25,604 nucleotides of DNA from Vitrella brassicaformis CCMP3155 (taxonomy: Eukaryota; Protista; Chromerida), in assembly GCA_001179505.1 (NCBI GenBank), contig CDMY01000740.1, positions 1 to 25,604 on the forward strand, given 5' to 3'. Positions 1-8,799 of this stretch are shown piece by piece. Under the pieces are notes generated by a model. The model saw only the letters and a program-made list of their open reading frames with translations, was not told where the DNA came from and ran no database searches. The position numbers and the translations under genes are program-made. Position 1 is the first letter of the stretch, and every line of letters begins with the position of its first letter.

Positions 1-42
1 GTGGTTGGTTGGTTGGTTATTGTGGTTGGTTGGTTATTGTGT
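1..42. repeat. (GGTT)n-like microsatellite, probably intronic
   Basis: gtggttggttggttggttattgtggttggttggttattgtg lies just upstream of a candidate acceptor cag at 59-61. Confidence 0.8.
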
Positions 43-61
43 TTAACGGGACTCGCGTCAG

Positions 62-1302
62 GCCGAGAAAAACGACAGGAAGCCGCCCACGTTCGTCAGC
101 GTCGCTCCTCCTGCCACGGCTGATCCCCCAGACATCCTCAGACAATCATCTTCTGAAGTGGACGTCCCGATGAAAAGGCCAGCGGAGTCCTCAGAGCACC
201 AGCCGGAGGCTGAAGGAGATGGCAAAGGCGGCACTCGGCTCTCAGACATCCCCACCACTGTCTCGACATCGGTCTCCACCCCTGCAGTGGACGATGCTTC
301 GCCTGAGGAGGCTGATCTGTGGGGCTTTCTGGTGCTGCGGACTGGCTGTGTGACCTTTGGCTGACGGACTACCCTCTGAGGCACTTTCTTCTCATCATCG
401 GCCTCGTACTGATCTATGCACTCTGGTGTTGGGGCGGCGAGGAACTGTTCGAGGAGATGTCACACGGTCTTTCTTATGACGGATGGCCCTTTTCTGGGGT
501 GGCGGCTATAATTTTTGCACCGCCATTTGTGATGCTCCTCATTTGGTGGGGCATTGGATGCCTCATTTATTTTTCGATTGCTGTCGCCATCGTCTTATCC
601 GGGGTCATGTTCTTGTTGAACCCTCTCGATGACCCGAATTTCCGGATTTATTTGCGTTCCGGCCGTTTCGACACACTGGCGTGGTTGACTGGTGCGGTCC
701 TTCTGCAGGTTACCCTCTTCATTGTCATCTCGGAGCCGCGTGTTCTCCGTGCATCGACCAACCCGACGGGTGGAAGGGATCTCAACGTCGATTACGACCG
801 TCTCTCATGCTGCGGCCGTCGGGCAGGCTGGAGACCCTCGGCGACGGCCGAGCTCATAGCCAAGGCTCGGCGAACAAAGCCCTTCCTGTACCGCTCGGTG
901 ATCAAGCGGTGGCTCAGGCGGATAGACTTTCTCACCTTCATTCGCTTGTCCAAAATGCTGGCCGTCATCGGGACAGCCGTGGACTTCACTACTGATGCGG
1001 CGGTGGGGATGGAATTGATCTTGTGGGCGACGTTGCACAATCCGTGGCTTCGTGCAATATCTATTTGTGGCTCCCCAGAATCTTGGTCGGAGTATAAGTG
1101 CGTGACGGCCACGATGAGCCGTCTAGGAAGAGAACCGCAGGATAATCTAGCGCGTTACCTAATTATCGGCCTCGTCATTCTGGCCTTATCGTTGGCTGAC
1201 GTCGCATCGCTATTCATTCACTGCGAAGCGCTGAGTCTTCAAAAAATATCCGCAATACACACATCCAGGCATGCAGAACCAAATAGCGATGGCCAAGGCT
1301 GA
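62..1302 (+). CDS. Multi-pass membrane protein, 5'-partial; model exon 62-318, intron 319-380, exon 381-1302
   Basis: The frame of ORF 158..364 is open back to acceptor cag (59-61), with an in-frame TAA at 44-46. A GT(319)..AG(380) 62-nt intron joins it in phase to ORF 319..1302 (EEADL|HFLLIIGLV). About 6-7 hydrophobic segments follow (FLLIIGLVLIYALWCW; WPFSGVAAIIFAPPFVMLLIWWGIGCLIYFSIAVAIVLSGVMFLL; LAWLTGAVLLQVTLFIVI; YLIIGLVILALSLADVASLFI). Family not recognised. Confidence 0.55.
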
Positions 1303-1639
1303 GAGACAGACTCAAGGATAAACTGACGACATCGATACAGACGCTGCCGAATACAGAAGAGGCCCCAAGCGAGACGAGCGTAAGCTCAAGCAGCCAAACT
1401 TCCAGGGCGGCAGCCCCCAATCTTTTTGGTACACAGGGACGAACGACAGGGGGAGCACGATACAGCTGCATTTTTCTTCTCGAGATCTAGAGGTGCGTCG
1501 ATGGGATGTGGCAAGGCACAAAGTCAGCCTAAGTTCGAAGGGTGCAAGCCCAGAACTCAATGGCATAGCGGCATAAGGTCAAAGGCAATGGCACGGGGGC
1601 CCATGTGCGAAGGCTGCAAGCCCAGAACCCAATGACACA

Positions 1640-2480
1640 GAGGGAGCAGCGGTTTCAGGGAGCACCCTAGGTGGCCTGACGGCCAAGTCCCTTGTCGGTC
1701 TGTCCAACATGAAACACGCACCCTAACATGCAACCCGGACACGCAACACGCAGCACGCAGAGGGCAGATGCAGCAAACAGGTGGATATGCAATGCGCTGC
1801 GGACGACGGCAACATACAAGCAGGCACAGAACGTCGCACACGCGCCACCCCAGCAACCTGAAGGCGGCGTGCGTGCGCGCGTGGTGCACCATGACTCGAT
1901 ACGTACGTAGCGCCCATCCCCAGGTGGCCAGCTAGTGCAAATCGACCAGTCACACGCAAACACGCCCCTATAACAACCACGCACGGGGTGCTGGGGTTCT
2001 CTGCAAGTCGACCGCACCGCCGCCCCGGTCTCCACGGCGGAGAGGGGCGGCAGGCGGCCGACCCGTAGACACCCTCATGGCACACCCAGACAGAGATCAC
2101 CGGAGGGAAAAGCAGAAGGGCGGCCAGACACACACACAGACCACGCCCAGACCCGCACTCACATCCCTACACACACGCACACCCACACTCGCACACCCAC
2201 ACACGCACACCCACACCCACACCCACACACCCACACACACACACACACACACACACGAATACCAATACCTTACCCGCATACCCACACCCATACCCACTCA
2301 CACCCCAACACACATACGCCCTCACACACACACACACACACACACACATACAGGCCCATGGAAGGCACAGTGTGGCGAGGAAAAGACCTAGTGGGGTGAA
2401 TATGGGCCCCTCCCCCAGACCTCGTCTCTGGGGAAGGGGCGGATGAATGGTGTGGCGGCCTCACTCTTGCCGCGCACCGT
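1640..2480 (-). mobile_element. 5'-truncated REL non-LTR retrotransposon, family X, copy A (last ORF codons plus long 3' UTR with a (CA/TG)n tract)
   Basis: It is the reverse-complement homolog of 17942-18730. Its element-5' end (rc acggtgcgcggcaagagtgaggccgccacacca) matches the ORF end of the copy at ~4888 (acggtgcgcggcaagatcgaggccctcacgcca). Confidence 0.7.
2160..2350. repeat. Compound (CA)n/(CACC)n microsatellite inside copy A
   Basis: Direct reading of the cacacac/cacccac runs. Confidence 0.9.
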
Positions 2481-2523
2481 AAGAGCACACTCACGCCTGA
2501 CTGCACACGACAAGAAGACCCAC

Positions 2524-2690
2524 CATGCACGTCTGGACTTGGAGTGTGTCTATACAATGAATGTCTCTGTGCGCACACCTACACATGCACGCATCGGCTT
2601 AGAGTGTGTGTATATTATGAATGTCTCTGTGCGCACACCTGCGCATGAGTGTGTGTATACGATGAATGTCTCTGTGCGCACACCTGCACA
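2524..2690 (+). repeat. 60-bp minisatellite array A1 (TG orientation, ~3 units)
   Basis: Units match the consensus gagtgtgtgtatatgatgaatgtctctgtgcgcacacctgcgcatgcacgcgtcgacttg. Confidence 0.9.
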
Positions 2691-3320
2691 TCGAACTCCC
2701 AATTACAGGAAAGATTCCAACCACAGACTGACAAAACAGCGCCTGTTCGTCAGCTTCACTAAGAGCTCAACCATACGTTGATGATGTCAAGAACTCAAGG
2801 CTTCTCGATAGTAGCAAACACGCTGAAGGCGTCCGATAATTCGGGCGTCTACGCAGTGTTTCGAGTTTGACTGACTTTATACTTGAGTCGATACTTGAAT
2901 CTAGAGATGTGTCTTAGACATTCAGCTTCTAAAGATAGCTGCGAAGCTCCTTCTTCTCCTGTGGGTCTATTCGTAAATGGTTGCTTCTCAGTCTGCTCCA
3001 TTGGTTTGTGTTTTAGGAGGACGGATGCGGATTGCCTTGGACTGCTGCATCCTCACTGATTTTTCGGTTGAGTTTCGTCTTCTATCAAGTGAGTGATGGG
3101 AGGAAGACACGGGGAGCAGAGCGAAAGAAGAAAGCGAGGGAGACGGATGGAGCAGGGATGCTCTGAACCACGGCATAAGCAATCTTATGCGGAAGCCTTA
3201 ATTTCTTGACATCATCAACGTATGGTTGAGCTCTTAGTGAAGCTGACGAACAGAGCTGACGAACAGGCGCTGTTTTGTCAGTCTGTGGTTGGAATCTTTC
3301 CTGTAATTGGGAGTTCGATG
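2689..3320. repeat. Long inverted repeat: arms 2689-2804 and 3192-3320 around a ~390-bp spacer
   Basis: catcgaactcccaattacaggaaag...gtcaagaactcaaggcttc is the near-exact reverse complement of gaagccttaatttcttgac...gggagttcgatg. The right arm carries an extra 13-bp tandem copy (agctgacgaacag x2). Confidence 0.9.
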
Positions 3321-4712
3321 CATTGAGGCGTCACTTGTGTGAAGGGTGCATATGATAAAACCGTCCAGAAAAGACAAAAAGGTGTGACAAAGCCTGTTGT
3401 ACGGGCCTCAGCCAATCAAGTGTTTCTGATATTTCTTCCGGGTTCAACGGAGTTTTGCAGAGTCTCCGGAATGGATCGCTGAACAGCCGGCGTCACTAGT
3501 GTCGCATAAGAGATGGTTTTCAAGTTTTCAAAGTCAAAGTGAATTGAATGCGTTCCATGCCATGTTACTATATTCAGGCTTTCCCTGTTGGGAACGCTTT
3601 CAAGCGGGATATGCACATCTTTGTTCTCTTTGTCGCTAGCACGTGATCCATCAACAAAGAGTACGTACTCTCTGCAAGCAATGGCCCCAAAAGATTGTGT
3701 TGAAGGTTCAAGTCAATCGAATATTACTTGCTGCTGAGTCTGACGACAAGGTCTATAGAGGTTTGTGCTTTGTTCTGTGTCTGATGTGTCAGGAAATCTG
3801 TAGACTCGCCTTGGATGAAATGCCGGATGAAGACGAGGGAAAGTACTTTCGGAATCTCCCTGACGGCAAAAGCCTGCTTAGAATGAAAGTATCGCCTCTA
3901 ATGTATGCGAATCCAGCGGTCCTTTTCGACGGATTTGAAGTGTTGAACGGTGTTCGCCCACATGCCATTCCTTCCCGATCGGCGGATTCTGATCTCGTTT
4001 TCATTCTTTTGTCGTTGTTTCATCAAAATGCAGCACCTGCAATATGTAATGATATGATATGTTCGATAACAAAAGTTTTCTGTCAATTTTCCTGGTGACA
4101 TTGGTAGACTGAAGTGCTTATAGAGCTCCTAATCGGCAGTATCCCATAAGCATTTCGAAACAGTCCTTGTCTTTATTTAACCAGTGTATCATAAACAGTG
4201 CATCTTGAGAATTGTCACGCTTGAAGTAGCACAGCATTATGCACAGGGTCCACGAGATGAAGGCACTGTCGGCGCACTATTGTGCCGCTACATGCATTTC
4301 GTCGTCGACTCGTGAGTCCTCTCAGGTCTCATAGCATCCAGGTCGCGTAGAAACAACTGCATCTCTACCTAGTCCCCACCATCACGTCAATTACTGAAAA
4401 AGAGCACTGAACAAGAGCCGCAGTACCATGTCTGCACTAATTCGCCACGTTTTCAGATGATGTCCGGCCTACACCTTAGGTCTATCTAAGGGACGAGGAG
4501 CTGAGGAAGGAATGGGGACACTCAATCAATTCTAGGGACACTTTGATTGCGCCCAGCTAGTCACTCTGCAGCCTACGGACAGGCTCCCCCCATGTGCAGT
4601 CCCATCGCATTAGGGGCGAAGCCTCAATTCGCGTCCCGCAAGGATTGAATCCGACACACCAGTTGGCGCCGTAGCGGTACGGACAGCATCTGCTGCGATG
4701 GAAGCAGCAGCG

Positions 4713-5690
4713 ATCTCTGTCAATTCCTATGGCCACTGGTCGAAGGCCATGGAAACGTTTTTACACAAGCTGGCCAAGGGGGTGAGGGAGGCGTAATATA
4801 AGGACGACAAGGACATCTAGACGGGCCGCATCATGCAGCGGTGATGGATCATGCTGTCGGTCGCCATCACGTTTAAGTATGCCGCCACGGTGCGCGGCAA
4901 GATCGAGGCCCTCACGCCATCCATCCGCCCTTCCCCGTGGAGGACGTCTGGGGGAGGGGCCCGTATGCAGCACACTAAACCCCTCACCTACTCACCGGCC
5001 CCTCTTTTGGTGTTTTCCTGGGTATGTCTGAGCTCTCTGTGTGCATGCCGTGTGCGTGTGTTTTGTGTTTGTGACTAGGATGAATGTTGCGTTGCTTGGC
5101 TTTGTGTCATGTGTGTGAGCGAGTAGTGTCTATGTGACATGTGTGTGTGTGTGTGTGTGTGTGTGAGTCGGAGTAGGTAGATGTGTGAGGCTGGATGTGA
5201 GCAGGGGCTGTGTGTGTGGCGGAGGGTGGATAAGTGTTGATCCGTGGTCTGTAGTTGATTTGTACGTTCGTGCTTTTGCAACTTTTCAAGGGAAAGAGCT
5301 TCTATGCTTGCGTTTTGCTAGTCGGCTGCCCCCTGTCGCGTCACTCCCGTCGTGGGGCAGTGGAGTTCCTACGTGTTCGTGCTGAGAACATATTTGTGGC
5401 TGCCCGATGGGTATGCACCGGTCAGCAGACAGGGTATATGCGTGTAGGGCCGTAGTGTGATGCGCACGTCGCCGGGCTTTTCTGAAGGGCCGATGGCCAC
5501 CCCACGCCGGCCGTCAGCCGGGGCGACGTGCGTGTGATGTTGCGCGTCTATATGTATATAGCCCTCTTTCGCAACGCCTCTGCAGATCTGCCAGTCTGCT
5601 TCTGCCCTCTTCGTGGTGCGTGTTGCATGTTGCGTGTTGCATGTTGCATGTTGCGTGTTCAGACGAGCATGGGACCAGGCCGGTGGCTAC
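4713..5690 (+). mobile_element. Decayed REL (CRE-like) non-LTR retrotransposon 3' end, family X, copy B
   Basis: Translation SVNSYGHWSKAMETFLHKLAKGVREA*YKDDKDI*TGRIMQR*WIMLSVAITFKYAATVRGK fits the C-terminal REL-endonuclease pattern (G-W...FL..LA...R..LSVA) with 3 in-frame stops. It is followed by the family-X 3' UTR (ccatccgccc..cccc..gtctgggggaggggccc, a (TG)n tract at ~5140-5166, and ttgcatgttgcgtg at ~5620-5660). The 3' boundary is approximate. Confidence 0.65.
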
Positions 5691-6244
5691 CTATCAATCC
5701 GTCCAGAAGTGGACAGATTGGGCATAAACAGGCGAGAAAGAGTCCAGTTCCAAATACACACGAATATGGAACTGACACAATCGGCGAGGATGCAGAAGAG
5801 CAATGCATGCAGACACACACACGTGTTTCTGCCTGTCGTCTCTTCGATGTTGGTCATCCCTTCGCCCTTTTCTCCTTCTCGCCGATATCTGTATGTGTAT
5901 ACGAGCATGTATATGCGAGCATGTATCCATATACGTACGCGCCACGCATCTCTGCTTCCCGTTGATGCGACTTGCACTGCTCTTTGTCCCTCTGGGGGCA
6001 AGCTCGCGCTCAATGCGGGCTTGCGAAGGAATTCTTACCGCCAGATGCTGCGAGATGTACGCATCTTGGGTCACACGTACATACCTGTAACCCATATACG
6101 TGCAGGGCGGGTCCTGGTGCTCCGTCGTCCTCAAATCCTTGCATGAATGTGCTGCATGGTGTGCATTCATTTGTGACTGCCGGGTTAGAATGGCTGGATG
6201 ATTCGAGTTTTTTCGTCAATGTAAAGGCTGTCTTGCCTTCGCGA

Positions 6245-6825
6245 TTCTCGACTTGACGATTCTCTGCGCGCACACCTGCGCATGAACGCGTCGACTTGGA
6301 GTGTGTGTTTATGATCAATGTCTCTGTGCGCACACCTGCGCATGAACGCGTCGACTTGGAGTGCATGTGTACATGATGAATGTCTATGTACGCACACCTG
6401 CGCATGCACGCGTCGACTTGAAGTGTATGTATATATATGCACGCGTCGACTTGGAGTATATGTGTATATGATGAATGTCTCTGTGCGCACACCTGCGCAT
6501 GCACGTTTAAACTTGGAGTATGTGTTTATGATGAATGTCTCTGTGCGCAGGTGATGATGAATGTCTCTGTGCGCACACCTGCGCATTCACGTTTGGACTT
6601 GGAGTGTGTGTATATGATGAATGTCTGTACGCACACCTGCGCATTCACGTTTGGACTTGGAGTGTGTATATATAATGAATGTCTCCAGGTGTGCTTGGAG
6701 AGTGTGTATATATGATGAATGTCTGTGTGCGCACAACTGCGCATACTAAACCCGTAACCCCTAGAGACATTCATTGTATACACCACCAACTCCCAGTCCA
6801 AACGTGCTTGCGCAGTGTGCATTCA
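6245..6825 (+). repeat. 60-bp minisatellite array A2 (TG orientation to ~6745, then one inverted partial unit at 6763-6825)
   Basis: Consensus units are present; orientation flips after the spacer at 6746-6762. Confidence 0.9.
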
Positions 6826-6835
6826 CTCAATTGCG

Positions 6836-8468
6836 TTAAGAAAAGCACCCACTCTCCTTCCCTTTCTTCTCTTCATCACCATGTATCCGTACCTTTAGCT
6901 GCTCCAGCTTTAGGCAATCGGCGATGAGGCGGTCAGGACTGCCGCACGCGAAGCACGCCCGCACCTTTCCTTTCCCAGTCTTACCACCCTTGCCGGCACC
7001 CTTGCCACCACCCTTGGCACCCTCGGAGCCCTTGTGGGGCTTCTTCTTGTTGCTGATGCCCGCTTGATGGTCTGCTGGCTGTTCGGTGGCTTCCCGTGTC
7101 CTTTCTTGCCCTTGGTCTTACTGACGGTCACCTTCTGGGCAGAGCACAGCATCATCTCCTCCAGCTGGCCAGCAGCCTGGCTGCCCTGTGCGACAGAGGG
7201 ACGCTGCTTCAGCATGTCGTTCCTCTGACGGCACATCGTGAGCAGCTCCCTGAATGACGGCTTCAAGCGGATATCCTCCGCGAGCTTCCCCTTTATCATT
7301 CCCCTATATGAATTCTCCGACCGGGGTTTTTTCCACCTGGAATTCCGATGCGTGTAGGCAGCGTATGCGAGAGCTGTTTTGGTTAAGCAAAACTAGACAG
7401 TATGCTCTCGCTTCTGATGCCATCCACATGTCGTTCGGCAGCTGAACAAAGGAGGGAAAAAAGAAAACGATTTATGGCAATCCCTTCCAGTTTCCCGGAT
7501 TTCCCCTTTACTGTTTTACGGACACGCCTGCCCTTCGGGCAGGCACTCCACTTGTCCCTGTGAAGGCTTCAGGGAGTCCCTTGAAGAAGAATTCCGCCTT
7601 CTGCACGTCCGCCAGGGGTGCGATGTCCAGGACGTCAGCCAGCGCATTGCAGTCTGTCACATATATGTTGAAGACCGCAATCGCCTGCTCGAGCGTCCAG
7701 TCCTGCTGCCAGCAGAAGGACACCAGCTTGCTGAATGCCGACGCGTGGTGCCTCGGCCGATCTGGCTGGTAGGTGGCCCTGAGGGCCTCCCACGCCACCA
7801 CGCCGTCCGCAGCGCCGTCTGCCTGCTGCAGCACCGCCAACGCCTCAGGATTGCCCTCGAACGATTGCCCTCGAACCCCCTGTCGTTAGACGAGACCGCC
7901 TTTAGCAGTACGCGTAGAGATGTTGGCTGTCCTTCTCGTACTGTTCAGGGTTGAGCTCCTTCATGGCTTCCCGCTTCCTCGCGTTGAGCAGGTAGTCAAC
8001 CTTGGCGAGCTCCATGCACTTCTCGGCATGCCAGTTGAAGGTCAGGTAGGGGTTCTTATTGTCCCTGTCATCCGGCTGCTTCAGTGGGATTAGGTCGAGC
8101 TTCTTGCGCTTCAGGACAGGCTGCTTGTCCTTATCGCGCTTCCGCTTCTTGCCCTTGCTCCGCTTCGACTTGTCGGACGAGACAGACATGCGCTCGTCGT
8201 TAGCCGACGTGACTTGGCCATGAGCAGCCGCTGCTGCGTCCGCCATGTGTACATCACCGAAGTGACCTCCCTCCGCGCCAGATCCGTCCATCTCGCCGCT
8301 TGGCGGCTCGACTTCGGGACCGGCGGGGTGATGCCCTCCGGGTGGTGCTTCCTTGCACTGATCTGGGTTTCCGCCACCACCGCTGGTATCGCTGTCCATG
8401 TCTCCTTGACCCTCATCATCGTGTGGAGGCTCCCCATGTTGAGATCTCTCATCATCCGCACCGTTCAT
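6836..8468 (-). pseudogene. gag: Ty1/copia-type gag pseudogene (frameshifted; pol absent)
   Basis: ORFs 7902..8468, 7508..7840 and 6910..7299 plus a shifted frame can be stitched together. They give LYA(Y)LLKAV...DGVVAWEALRATY...KAEFFFKGLPEAF (copia gag signature) and a degenerate zinc knuckle CFACGSPDRLIADC at 6914-6955 (CX2CX4HX4C with H to R). Lesions: a 1-nt deletion near 7908, a 14-bp tandem duplication (7849-7862/7863-7876), an insertion at ~7296-7510 and further 1-nt shifts. Confidence 0.8.
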
Positions 8469-8504
8469 GTCTCAGCTGAGTGCTTGTTGGCTATCTGCAG
8501 CTAG

Positions 8505-8514
8505 TGGGCTCATA
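8505..8514 (-). other. Primer-binding site of the half-tRNAiMet type
   Basis: Minus-strand TATGAGCCCA is complementary to the initiator tRNA anticodon arm UGGGCUCAUA. It lies 3 nt after the putative LTR end (TTAAGA) and ~37 nt before the gag ATG. Ty5 and Drosophila copia are known to prime in this way. Confidence 0.6.
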
Positions 8515-8517
8515 GTC

Positions 8518-8769
8518 TCTTAAAGTCAGACAGCTTCACGAGTTCACCAGCGCCAACCAAATCAAAGAGCTTCACAAGTTAACCACCGCCAGACAAGCGA
8601 GAGATTAAGTGATGCACGAAGGAGTCTGAGGCACCAGCCAGTAACTACGATCTACTAGCGATCCAAGTGCGCGACGTCGCTCGGGATTCCCTTCACTCTT
8701 GTGCCTCAGGCGTTCATCTGCCATGGCTGCCAGCCTTCCCTGAGGCTGTGGGCGTCCGCACTTTCAACA
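8518..8769 (-). mobile_element. Putative 5' LTR (~252 bp, TG...GA termini) of the minus-strand copia element
   Basis: The minus strand begins TGTTGAAAG at 8769 and ends TTAAGA at 8518, directly before the PBS. No second LTR is in the window, so the outer boundary is inferred. Confidence 0.45.
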
Positions 8770-8799
8770 GCTCTCACTGTGGCTTCCTGATTCATTCGC

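Noticed and set aside
3416-4101. ORFs in the lower-GC segment (3643..4098 plus; 3416..3616 minus with an upstream LFVDGS resembling an RNase H motif)
   Set aside because: No further family motifs, in-frame stops nearby, and no supported splice model.
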